A stretch of 64,000 bases of DNA from assembly GCF_964204645.1 (NCBI RefSeq), contig NC_134033.1:3868231-3932230 (forward strand). Reading direction: 5' to 3'. The first letter of the stretch is position 1. Each line of letters begins with the position of its first letter. This DNA comes from Tubulanus polymorphus. Its lineage: Eukaryota; Animalia; Nemertea. Below the pieces are notes generated by a model that saw nothing but the letters and a program-made list of their open reading frames with translations, was not told the origin of the DNA and made no database searches. This document shows positions 25,793 through 37,997 of the stretch, one piece after another. The translations under genes and the position numbers were made by a program.

Positions 25793-26104
25793 CAGCCTCG
25801 CCACTGAAAAATTCCTTCCGACGCCTCTGTAACAGAGGAAGGAATTTTTCAGTGGCGAGGCTTATTTCTGAAGGATGGTCTGGGGGGCTCCCCTGGAAAA
25901 ATTTTGATTATTCAATCGCCGGAGATGCGTTTTGGGGGCATTTCACGGTCTCATTCACAGAAGCAAGAGAAGTCGTGAGCCAACCACCTAGTACGGAGAA
26001 CGACGAGCTGCTACGCGGTACAGCGTGCTTTTGAAAAAAATTTTGTTAAGCAAAAAAGTAGGGCGGCTTTGGCCGCCCCTGCCGCCCCTGTTCCGACGGC
26101 CCTG
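25793..26104. mobile_element. MITE with inverted duplication of its left end; absent from the paralogous copy
   Basis: Empty site at ~43050; ends CCGACGGCCCTG; hairpin AGCCTCGCCACTGAAAAATTCCTTCC / GGAAGGAATTTTTCAGTGGCGAGGCT. Confidence 0.7.
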
Positions 26105-26889
26105 TTAAAATAATTATTGCAAGTAAATGAACTCGTTAACTGTGGGTTTTGCTCATTAACTCTGAAATGCTGAGATCAATATAAATCTATACCAGTTATT
26201 TTGATATAAGCCTTAGATCAGTTTATAAACCAACCACCAATGATTATGGAAACTCATACAATATCAATTTCCGATGCAAAAGTTTAAGATCTGTATTATG
26301 AACCGACGCCCCTCCCCCTAATCAGAATCGCCTTCTGTTCAAACACAATTCCGCGTTCACAAAGTTGACTAGAATATTTCTACAGTAAATTATAGATATA
26401 TGAATAATATTTACCTCTTGATCTCAAAGACGATTGTAAAGAAGAGTGTACAGGTTCAGCACAGACACTAAACTCTTAAAGTCTAATTATTGCTGATACA
26501 GAGAACCAAACTAATCACCTCGGAATATTTATCACATATGCACCGCGATGATGCGTATGAATTGTTTTTCATTCTAGTTCGTGTTAAAAACATTTCATAT
26601 GAAGCATTCTATTGGCCAACATTCATCATCCGTTTAGATTACCAAATAAGGTAATAAATACCATCATCGTCAACCCGGGCGATAAATTATCATAATCATT
26701 GTGACCATATCCAATCATTTTTTAGTTTAGTTGAAATAACCAAATGAGGTAATAAATACCATCATCCACAGCCCGGATCAATTGATATGTATGGACCCGA
26801 GCTTTGAAGTATGACAAATGAAGAACATAAAATAGAGTTTAATTGAAGAAGTCCCACAATTCGAATTTTAAATGATATAATTAATCAAA

Positions 26890-28343
26890 ACGAATTCGGA
26901 TTGTTCTTCTGGAAATTGGTCAACCTTAAAAATCCCGCTAACAAATAGTCTCCAAGCATCAACATGGATGAGTGGTACAATCATTTCAAGTCACTTAGTT
27001 CTCCTGACATTAAGGCTGGATCTACGTCGTCTTGTCTCAAAGAATACCTTAAACATCTTGAAGAAAGACCATCAACATTCGATTATCTGGATTTAAAAAT
27101 TACAGAGGATGAAATTTTACGAGCTTCGAGAAAACTGAAACCTAATAAAGCATCTGGTTTGGATTCTATTTTGAATGAATTTTAATGCCATATTAACTTT
27201 TGGAAAATATCCGGAGGAATGGCTGAGAGGGATTATAATTCCGCTATTTAAAAAGGGTAATAAAGACGATGTGTCTTGTTATAGAGGTATAACTATAACA
27301 AGTAATCTAAGTAAACTTTTTTGTATCATTTTGAAAGATCGTCTGACATCCTATGTAAAAGATAATGGTATCCTTTCGGTGAACCATATAGGTTTTCAAA
27401 AAAATCCAGAACTTCAGATCACCCTTTACCCTAAAGCATTTGATTGATAAAAATACCCAGAAACGTAAACAGAAATTTGTGTGCATTTATTGATTTCCGG
27501 CGTACTTTGATAGCGTTATTCACGATGCTCTTATGATTAAATTGATGAAATGTGGTATAAGTGGTCGTTTTTATGATGTAATCAAAGATGCGAGTGCGAT
27601 AAAGGTTTCTCAAGAATTTCCTGTTGAATTGGTGTTCACCAAGGCAATATTTTAAGTTCTTTACTTTTTAACATATTTATAAATGATATAAACCAGCTTT
27701 TCGTGGACTGTGACGTTCCTGTTTTATATGATCATATTGTACCCTGTCTCACGTATGCCGATGATCTTATTTTAATTTCCCACTCGAGCAAAGGCCTAAC
27801 AAAGTCTTTAGCTAAACTTGAGCTTTACTGTAAATTCTGGGGGCTGGAAGTAAATATCCCTAAATCGTGTGTTGTTGAATTTAACAAAGCAGGTAAATTA
27901 GACTGCACAAATAGCTACATTTTTAATGATGATGTCATAGATTGTGTTAGAAGTTGCAATTATCTGGATGTCAACATCCATTGTAATGGCAAATTTAATC
28001 TGCTACAAGATTTACTGTTGAGTAAGGGTTTAAGAGGGCTTTTCAATCTAGATAAATTCCTGGGTTCAAGGATTCATGTATTGTACAACAACTACAGCTT
28101 TTTAATTGTTTGCTCAAACCAATAGTTATGTATGGTAGTGAAGTTTGGGGAGTGTTGCCCTATATGTCATTTCTAAAGAAGTCAAATGGGTCACTCACGG
28201 ATATGGGTTTACCATATAACAAATGGGTAGTTCAAAAGCTGCGGTCAAGATTTTTCAGGTTCATGATGGGGCTCCAATTTCACCAATTTTTGGTGATTTG
28301 GGAGTGGTTCCACTTTATATTGATATTACTATGTCAGCTTTGA
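26890..28343 (+). pseudogene. Non-LTR retrotransposon reverse transcriptase, decayed
   Basis: KASGLDSI, IIPLFKKG, YRGITI, AFIDF, LTYADDL; multiple frameshifts; clade not determined. Confidence 0.9.
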
Positions 28344-31300
28344 AGTACTGGATGTAAGTTTTGTCGTCGGATTAATTGATGTACTTGTCCTTTTTATATA
28401 TCATATAGGTGATGGATAGGGTTGATGCCAAATGTACTTAAATTGCATCTCAGAGCCTTAAAAATTCAAAATACGAACAACCTCCTCAACGGGCCATGGC
28501 ATGTATGGTGAAAATGTCTCAAAAGGACACAAAAGGATGTATTACATTTGTACAATTGGGTAATAATGTGTCTCATGTGGTCATTGAATATGACGAAATT
28601 TTGTGAAAAACCGATTCGATAGGCATATGACCTCTCTTCAGGCACAACTAGGATTGATTAACCGTAATTTCGTTCTGAACAACACCAGACAATATAAAAG
28701 GCATTGATTAGTAGTAAATTACAACGACAAATAAGCGTTATCTGACTGAAAATAAATTATTAGTCTAGGAATGAAGTCTCTGGTTACTATTTTGCGATGA
28801 TCCGAGAATACAACTGACATTCAGTCTCCAGATTTAGAAATATACCAAAATTACATCATTCGCCCAGATTGTCAAAACTTATAGATGATAGTAAAATAAA
28901 ACAGCAAAATCACAATAAACAAAATCTGGAGTAACACTTTATAGATCTACGCGCCATATAAAAGGCATATCGACAGGCATTCAATAAAGGCGGGGCAAGC
29001 TAACTTTAACTTTAACGGTGAATATCACGTAATTACACATCAAGAACAGGAAAATTTACCAAAATACTTCTTCATTTATCTACACAGTGAATACGGAGTA
29101 GAATGTTTAATTCGATTACTCACGTTGTTATTTGTTAGTTGTTAGTTCTGTCTCTTTCTCTATCTCTCTCTAGTTACATTTATTCTCTTCCTGTAGACCG
29201 TCTCTTAACGTTCAGTTATAGGCGTCAACAACGAGCTGCAACAGCCTCAGAGTATCAGATGTTACCGTTTTACACGCATGCGCACAGTAAGTGTTGCACG
29301 TCCACAGCTTGTTATTGGATAATAACAATCATTCGATGTTGCGCAACCCCGTAATCTGTGCCCAATGGGAGAACTCTTGATTATAACCGCAGTACTCAAG
29401 TATTCCTTAACTAAATCCTCAACTCATCTTTAACTGTTTCGAAAGTAAGCTTCTATTGGTTACTATAGGTCGATGTGCTGCTCCCACAAACATCGTGTGA
29501 TTATATTGCGAATATATCATCAAAAAGGTGTTTAGAGTTAATTGCAAGTGTTTTGAATGAATTAATAACTTATAAGAGACTTTTCTGACTTTACCTTTCT
29601 CGTTTTATTGTGGGATTTTTGATACATAGTCTCAGCAGCAGTGGTTGTTATGTTCACGATGATTCATCAGCTAGAGGTCTGTGTATACATAATACTGTGT
29701 TTACATATATCTATTTTCACAATTATTGCGCGCTTCCTTGTTGACTCCGATCTTATCTATATCTAAGAAACCCTCATAAACGCTACAAATGCTCGTACTT
29801 GATAAAAAAGTTTAGCCACAAATGACTATTATTTTGAATTCATGCTTACTCATCAAAAATTAACGATCTTAAAAGGTTAATTTTTCTAGACTAATTTTTG
29901 GAATTTCTGTTTACAGTTTGGATACAATTCGACCAAAGCATACATTTGCTAAAAATTACCAGTTTTTTGTAATGTCCTACATAAAGATTGAATGTAAATG
30001 GAGACTCTGCGTCAGTAGCGTGGGGTTGTAGTGACCTATAGCCGTCTGCTGCACTCTATTTTCATTACAATTTCGAGTCGTAAATTCTGACATCGCTTTG
30101 TCTCCTTACATTAAAATTCGAAAATCAGTACATTGTTTATTTCAAAATGTTTACTGAACGACTTGTTCAATCTATATTTTCCCTCGACACAGCGATGTGG
30201 GGCAAAATCAAAAGTAACACGTTGTACAGTAAAAATCAGGTCATATCCTGTAACTGAATACAAAGTTGCGACCACCCGTAATATTAGCAATGAACCGTTT
30301 ACTCTATAGAAGCTCATTCGCATTGTTAATATAATACAGCTTTTAGTTGAAAAATTAAAAGATCCAATATAGAGTTGAAAAAGAATAGTTGTGTTTGTGA
30401 AATAGTAGTCGTGTTCCTTAAGACGAACCAGCCGGATCGTAAGATCACACAACCCCCCGCCTAGTACCTTTATTTCAGGATCCTGTATTTCATGCTTCTT
30501 TTTTTTCCAGGGTTTCCCTCTATTTTTAGGTTTTTTTTCTTTCTTTCAGAATTTCCGTTTTTTTTTCAAATTTATTGTTTTTTAAGACAACGCCTATTAT
30601 GTAAATATTTTACTTAAAATAAACATGAAAATTTCAGGGTTATCGGTGAGACAAGACCCCAGAAGACTGGGCCACAGAGTACGTGTCTTCACCCCCAGCA
30701 CACAACAGAGAACAAGACCCCCTAGTCACAGAAGATTGAACCTAAAGTTGAATGAACGACAGAGTGACTGAAGAATTCCGGTGTGACATGTATAACATGT
30801 CTCTCTATTTCAGTATCCCCCTCCCTACCCACAAACCTTAGCCTGAATGGGTAGGCCGAATATATAGGTCAGGTTAGAAAACTGAGTTGATAGATCTTTG
30901 AATTAAAACATAATTTCAGCTGTTGGTATAAAATGCAGTTGTAATTTCAAGTGGAATTTTTTAACAATAGAAGTTGCATTTATTTACAATTGAACTGGAT
31001 TGAAAATGTTTGACAGTTTGTGAGTTAAGTGTGATTTGAGTAAGATGAAGAGTTGAACAGTTGAACTCTACTTCTTATAAAATACAAATGACATTTACTT
31101 ACGTACAACTGGTTTCAGGTTCAGACAGCACCCACCTCACCCAACCCGGTCGGGCCCTATTCCTGTGATACCTGGGTTTCTGGTTTATTTGGTTGAATTA
31201 ATTTATTGATATTTGAGCTGATTTCAGGCGCGCGCTGTTTTTTTGCTGTCGATATTTCTCGGGTATATTTTTAGAAGATGCGGTTTTTTGATTGAAGATC

Positions 31301-31793
31301 CAAATCACTCGTTTCTTGTTATTTGTTTATCTCCTCTTAATTTTTATATAATCTCGTAATAGAAGCGGTTGTTTTTCGTACCAGTGAACATCAGTGTTTT
31401 ATTGCGAACATAGAAATTCATAATATAAAACAGAATTAGATTCAACAATTTGTTACAATTATTCTTTCTACATGTAGATTACAGTGGCTACGAACTTTTA
31501 AAGTCATCATTTTGAAGCCATTTCGTGCTGTCTAATTTTTGACATGGCGACTCTAGATAAAATAGCGGTTTATACATAGACCACTATTTGAAAGAGGTTT
31601 TGAAACTACTGGGACTTAATTCGTGCGACCTAACGATTTCGCTACTTGTATCGAAGCGATTTATGCGAGGTTGACTACGTATTATCTGGACACACACAGG
31701 ATGCCGCACGCGGTTAGCTGGAATCTGTAACTGGTGATTAGTTACATGCAAAGAACAGTTCTTACGTTACGTGTAGCATATTTTCTCCACGAC

Positions 31794-32217
31794 ATGTTCG
31801 CTAAATTCATCCCGTTTATTTGTCTGATAGTCAGTGTCGCGTCCGAGTTTCGAGAGTTCTATACGATGACGGTCAACGCGTCTGCAAAACCGTACAAGTC
31901 GACAGTCGGGTCGCGCGGTGAATGCGCGCTGCGCTGTTTGAACGAGGGGTCGAATTGTCGGGGTTTCGACGTCGATTCGACGAAATCTCACGGCGTCGAC
32001 GAATGTTACCTGTTCGACAACGAGCTGGTGAAATACAGAGCATCAGGAAAAACGAAAATTGTAATGTACAAGCACGATAAAGGTATTTTTCTCGAGAACT
32101 TACAACGTATTTTTAATTCATAAGTGAATAAATGATTCCAGCTCTAGAGAAGCTCTAGAATATTCGCATAAATCATGTTAATCGGGCTATTTGAAATCGT
32201 CTTTATGAGAATATCGG

Positions 32218-32264
<47 letters not shown>

Positions 32265-33239
32265 TCCGTTTGTAGAACACGGATCTTGTAGATTTGGATT
32301 TTTCGTTGCGAATGGAATTTGCTATCACGTTTTCCGATGGAACAGTAACGCTTATAAAAGTGCGACCGTCACAGACGCGGCAAGTTTCTGTACCTATCAC
32401 GGTTGGATACTTGCCGAACCCCGCACTTCACAATCGAGGGCTGCCTTGAGGAAATATCTCATCGACAAAAATGGTACGTCTAACTTCATATTGATAGATT
32501 TTAAAGCTAGAATAAATTCATACCTTGTTTCTCCTAATCGACCGGGTAAGTTTTGTAAACTGCCATAAAATTTGTAATGAGTTTCTATTACTATTACTAT
32601 AACTGTCGGGTCTGTTATTGTTAGTTTGATCATGATTAAAAAAGTGATGCACGGTAGATTGGGTGGCCGGCCGGGTCAACTTTTAAACTCTACAGAAATA
32701 AGAAACAAAGTATAATCATTTTTGTAGCCAAATTCCTATAATTAAACGAGTTTGAATGAACTTTTCGGTAATAATGCCAGGTTGTCGATTTAGATGTGGG
32801 ATTGCGAAACATCGCGCACTCTAAATCATCACCTATTATCTGAAGCTCTTAGGTCATTTGCTCTGGTTAGTTACTGCCATACCGTATCTTCAGTTTTCAC
32901 ACCATATATCAGTTATCCTTTTGAGTTACCGGCTCAAAAGGCGCCACCCTTAAAATGGTTAAAATGGAGTGCACAATTATTTCTAACATTTATATTTCTT
33001 TTTCAGAAGTCGTTTATAAACCTATGTTGGGTGGATATGATTTGCAGACGAATTCCGGGTCAATGCGCGGCCCGTGGGTTTGGAGATCAGATAATACCAC
33101 TATCGCAATCCTACCCTGGGACAACGGGGAACCGAACTATCGGCACGAACGCTGTATTCAGTGGTACATCGATACAGATCGATATAACGATATTCCTTGC
33201 AACAATCACAACGACTTTTTATGTCAGTACAACCCGTGA
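31794..33239 (+). CDS. Secreted PAN/Apple + C-type lectin protein; exons 31794-32082, 32276-32473, 33007-33239
   Basis: Signal peptide MFAKFIPFICLIVSVAS; PAN CALRC..CRGF..CYLF; CTLD CYHVF..AASFC..WDNGEPN..ERC..YNDIPC..FLCQ; two phase-1 GT-AG introns keep the frame. Confidence 0.88.
32223..32264. repeat. (TA)n microsatellite in intron 1 of the lectin gene
   Basis: Direct reading. Confidence 0.95.
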
Positions 33240-34165
33240 GGAACACGGAAACCCGGTACACGTTTCATTACTGTAACACTTCCGATTTCATCATTAAATT
33301 TACAGTTGAAATCATTGTGCGAAAACGACATTAAAACCGGTGATGCGTTAAATATCGTGTCGTGACAATTACTATATAGATCAGGAGTGAATTATTAATA
33401 TGTTTATGGCGGTTTATGACGCTTCACTAATTTGTCCTATTTGTACAAGAATAATAAAACCGCCAGATAGTAACAGTAGGTAATATATACATTCATTAAA
33501 ATGGATTTCGATATTACTTCGGAACATCAAATTTCTTTCATCGTTTACTGCTGATACACTAGGTACAGCAACTGCCAAAAATCTAAAACGTCGGAGAAAA
33601 CTCAGCCAAAATTCACTAACCTCCAATTCGTGATGCCATTCGGTTCCCGGCTGGTTGTAACAAGTTTATCCGAAAAAGAGGGTTTTACGACGGTAGAACA
33701 TCGTACTACACGTCAGCTCAGTACAAACTACTAACTATAAATGTATTTCGGTGTTTCAAATTCTATCTTTATGTGTCGGTCTTAAGACTATGTAAAGCCT
33801 TTATAATTCCCACGGCATGGGAATCAAGGGCGACGAACAATGAGTGGACAACTTGAGCAGACGACAGGCCATCAACAGTAACAGCGAGGATGTACAACTA
33901 ATTACTTAGCAAACCACAAAAACACCACACGTGGTATATTCCTAAAAATGAACAGTCCAAACAATCCGTATCCTTAATACCGGTAACTGATCTTCATCAC
34001 CTTCTGAAGTTGTTGATGATCAAATTTACTACACTTTGAAAACGAAAGTACGAAAAACTAAAATGCGAAAAAGATGAAAAATGAAAATTCGTCGGATATT
34101 TTCAATACAAGGTTGCGCCTGGACAAAATTCAAGTGCCGGTTCAACCTATAGCTAGTGAAAATAT

Positions 34166-34366
34166 TCAATTTAATGTACTATTAATTCGGTTCTTACTAT
34201 GCTTGATTCTAGAAATTGCTTGATTATGTTCGTTGCACCGTTCGTTTTTTAGTTCTGCCGAGATTGGTAGGAATACAGTGACCGTGGATGGTAGCGTAAA
34301 TACTGCAAACGCGAGTGAAACTGTTATGAGCATTTTTGTTGTACGCTGTGATTTTGTAGTTTTCAT
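34166..34366 (-). pseudogene. GPCR TM6 fragment
   Basis: SQRTTKMLITVSLAFAVFTLPSTV. Confidence 0.6.
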
Positions 34367-34495
34367 TCAGAAGAAATAATTTTTGATTTCTTGAATAAGT
34401 GAACTATTATAACAGAATTCAATAGAATGGTGAAAGATAACGGTAGAATGTAAGCGTACATAAAATTCATGGCGAAATATTCTAATTTATATTCT

Positions 34496-35116
34496 CTAAC
34501 AAGCGGCCACCTGGTTCGGTATCTCGACCGAAAATACGGCGCAAAACTGAACGATTATTATCGGTAGCCAGCAAAATAAATTACAATGATTGATTACTAA
34601 ACTCCTTCGAGCTAAAACCAGTTCGGTAGGATCGGCTCTACCCGAGCCCGACCTACTTCCAGATACGAGTTTATACATCTGATCGTACGTCGTCATTATC
34701 GTAGCCAATATGGCCGTATTAAAGGCAAAAATAGCGAATGAATAGAGCCAACCATTTACGTCGATTGTCAGTAAATTGACAGGCAAACAAACTCCAGTTG
34801 TACCGTAAAAATTGTCTCCGAAGTAAGACGACGATGACAGCAGTAGAAAAAGAAACTGTGATTATAACGAGCCAACAAATGCAGCAAATACCGATAACGT
34901 ATTAAATTTAGAGTTGAATTGCAAGGTTAGTAAAGTGAATTGCATCTCCTCTCGTTGTCGTGGTAACACAGTGGTAATTGATAATAATGGCAAAGTTGAC
35001 GGGACTGCAGAACGAATAGTTGACGAAAGTTTATTTCGCACCAAAACATCCCGGTTCTTTTGGAAGCGTTCAAACTCTAGACAGACTAGCAAAAGAAAAC
35101 GGTTAGAAGATTTCAC
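34496..35116 (-). pseudogene. GRL101/LGR-like GPCR 7TM fragment, cut by the inverted duplication at 35117
   Basis: FYGTTGVCLPV..GWLYSFAIF..LARRSLVI..NLFCWLPIIIV. Confidence 0.7.
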
Positions 35117-35214
35117 CTTATAGCTTTTGTCATATCAAGAGGTATTTTATTTAGATATTCTAAATATTCTAATCATTTTTGTGAAATCGGAATTGTGTTT
35201 GAACAGAACGCGAT

Positions 35215-35432
35215 GTTATCCTCATTGCCTCTCTCCACCTAGGAGTAAATGGGTACCTGGTCTGATAGATGACTCCTGAGCGGATGTTACCTCTCCTCAA
35301 GGAGAGACGACGACTGATACATGGAATAGATTTATAAGGCTGGGGGTACCGGGTAATAATACCAAGTTTGGAGCGCATTTGAACAGACTCTAGTTTGGAT
35401 ACCTGCGCTGTATAAATGTCAATTATCATTGT
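35215..35432 (+). mobile_element. 5'-truncated SINE-like fragment (mirror copy ~38416-38634)
   Basis: TGCCTCTCTCCACCTAGGAGTAAATGGGTACC resembles conserved metazoan SINE central domains; LINE-like tail GAGCGC..GCGCTGTATAAAT. Confidence 0.55.
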
Positions 35433-35849
35433 ATATTTCGGTTCAGCCCTGAGGCGCTGTGTCTAATGATGTTATTTATATTGTGTGGTTACCTCACTAT
35501 ATTTTCAATTTTTTTACGAGTTTGGATAGTATCATCCGCAATTTATATAATAAATTCCGTGCATTCAACCCTGTCTTAGTTGCTACCATCCAAGTCTAAC
35601 GCATCTTCGTGACTGTACGGTTTTTAGTTTTCTCGGATTTTTAACCCATATTTGCTCTTATATTTTTGTAAGATCCTAGGTCGAATCTATGATAAACAGG
35701 AATGATATAAATTGCAATTACCTTTAATAATTAAACATCTTAATAATTTAAAAGCCTAACATATCTCCACTTGTACCCCGGGAAATCTTTATGGAATTCT
35801 ATCGAATACTACTTGACTCGAATCATCTGAACAGATATAATGTCCCTAA

Positions 35850-37030
35850 TTGGTATTCACAACAATTGGTTTAGCAATATCAAATTCATTAAAATCTACA
35901 CCAAATCCTAATAAACCAGATAAACCCCCGAATGATAATAATTCTATACAAGATAAAGTTAAGGATGGTTTAAAAAAATTAGCAAAATATTTATGGGAAC
36001 TATCTAAAAAATCTGCTGCAGCTTTACCAGGCATTATTGCATCAATTGTTGATTTTAAATTGAAATCTACTGGGAATATTCTTAACTTTGCTGCTGAACA
36101 TATTATTTTATTTTTAATTACAGTTGTAAGTGTTATTATTTTTTGGTTAGTGAATATGATAAAAAATAAATAATTAATTTTTTGTTAAATAAATGAGTGG
36201 GAGTTATATCAATCCTTCTAAGAATCATATAATATCTAAGGCTATTCAAGCAGAAAGATCACATCATATAATTACTCAAAACCCTTCTAATATTAATCCT
36301 GATGAAACTTTATATGTTAGAATCCCTAGATTAACACAAAATACTTTTTATGTTCGAAATAGTATTTATTTCTCAGCCGATATAAAAGTAACTGGCAATA
36401 ATGATAATTATGTTGTTGATAATGTTGGAAGATATTTGATTAAAAAATTAACTATAAAGATTGGTCCAGAAACAGTTTTCTCATGAGATGATTATAATTT
36501 ATTCATGCATTATAAAGATTTATGGTTAACTAAAGAATAGAATATGATATTTCAAGGCATCCAATCAGAAAACCAAAATAAATTAAGATCTGAAGCTAAT
36601 AGCGCAATATTAACTAATACTATGGATAAATTGATAAAAAATATTTATCGAAGCAAATATAAAATTCCATTAGACTTTGAATTGATAAATAATAATGCAC
36701 CTTTATATAAATATGCAATTCAAGAAGATGTTATATTTGAGATAACATTTGCTCGTGTAAATGAAATTGTATTATCTAGCGTTGTTAAAGATATGGGTTA
36801 TAAATTATCGAATATATGTTTAGAATATGATACAGTAACTGATGAAAATATTTCAAGTATAATTCAAACTCAATACAATCAAGGATTTTCATTATTATAT
36901 GATTATATTGACAAATTTAAAACTGTAACTATCAATGCAAGTGATGAAATAATTAATGAGAATATTAACTTCCCAAGAAGATCTATTAATATATAGGTAT
37001 ATTAATATTTTTTACCATTGCAACATATTA
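35850..37030 (+). pseudogene. Polinton fragment: 3' end of membrane protein gene plus disrupted major capsid gene (left arm)
   Basis: Near identity to 55540-56710; premature TGA at 36484-36486 and TAG at ~36538. Confidence 0.93.
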
Positions 37031-37043
37031 TTACCATTGCAAC

Positions 37044-37997
37044 AATTATTTCATCACTTGCATTGATAGTACATAATACAATTTCATTTACAGGAGCAAA
37101 TGTTATCTCAAATATAACATCTTCTTGAATTGCATATTTATATAAAGGTGCATTATTATTTATCAATTCAAAGTCTAATGGAATTTTATATTTGCTTCGA
37201 TAAATATTTTTTATCAATTTATCCATAGCATTAGTTAATATTGCGCTATTAGCTTCAGATCTTAATTTATTTTGGTTTTCTGATTGGATGCCTTGAAATA
37301 TCATATTCTATTCTTTAGTTAACCATAAATCTTTATAATGCATGAATAAATTATAATCATCTCATGAGAAAACTGTTTCTGGACCAATCTTTATAGTTAA
37401 TTTTTTAATCAAATATCTTCCAACATTATCAACAACATAATTATTATTATTGCCAGTTACTTTTATATCGGCTGAGAAATAAATACTATTTCGAACATAA
37501 AAAGTATTTTGTGTTAATCTAGGGATTCTAACATATAAAGTTTCATCAGGATTAATATTAGAAGGGTTTTGAGTAATTATATGATGTGATCTTTCTGCTT
37601 TAATAGCCTTAGATATTCTATGATTCTTAGAAGGATTGATATAACTCCCACTCATTTATTTAACAAAAAATTAATTATTTATTTTTTATCATATTCACTA
37701 ACCAAAAAATAATAACACTTACAACTGTAATTAAAAATAAAATAATTTGTTCAGCAGCAAAGTTAAGAATATTCCCAGTAGATTTCAATTTAAAACCAAC
37801 AATTGATGCAATAATTCCTGGTAAAGCTGCAGCAGATTTTTTAGATAGTTCCCATAAATATTTTGCTTATTTTTTTAAACCATCCTTAACTTTATCTTGT
37901 ATAGAATTATTATCATTCGGGGGTTTATCTGGTTTATTAGGATTTGGTGTAGATTTTAATGAATTTGATATTGCTAAACCAATTGTTGTGAATACCA
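37044..37997 (-). pseudogene. Mirror copy of the Polinton capsid fragment (right arm)
   Basis: ORFs 37362-37655 and 37002-37304 share the same stops as the left arm. Confidence 0.93.

Larger units (their letters stand above)
24704..28615 (+). repeat. Segmental duplication copy 1 (paralog 42156-44406); looser similarity also 23800-24510 vs 38700-39640
   Basis: Colinear high identity from TAATTGACAACTCTGG to TGACGAAATT.TGTGAAA..ACCGAT. Confidence 0.92.

Noticed and set aside
35169-35429. 86-aa ORF present twice (also 38419-38679)
   Set aside because: Antisense reading of a SINE-like fragment, duplicated only by the palindrome
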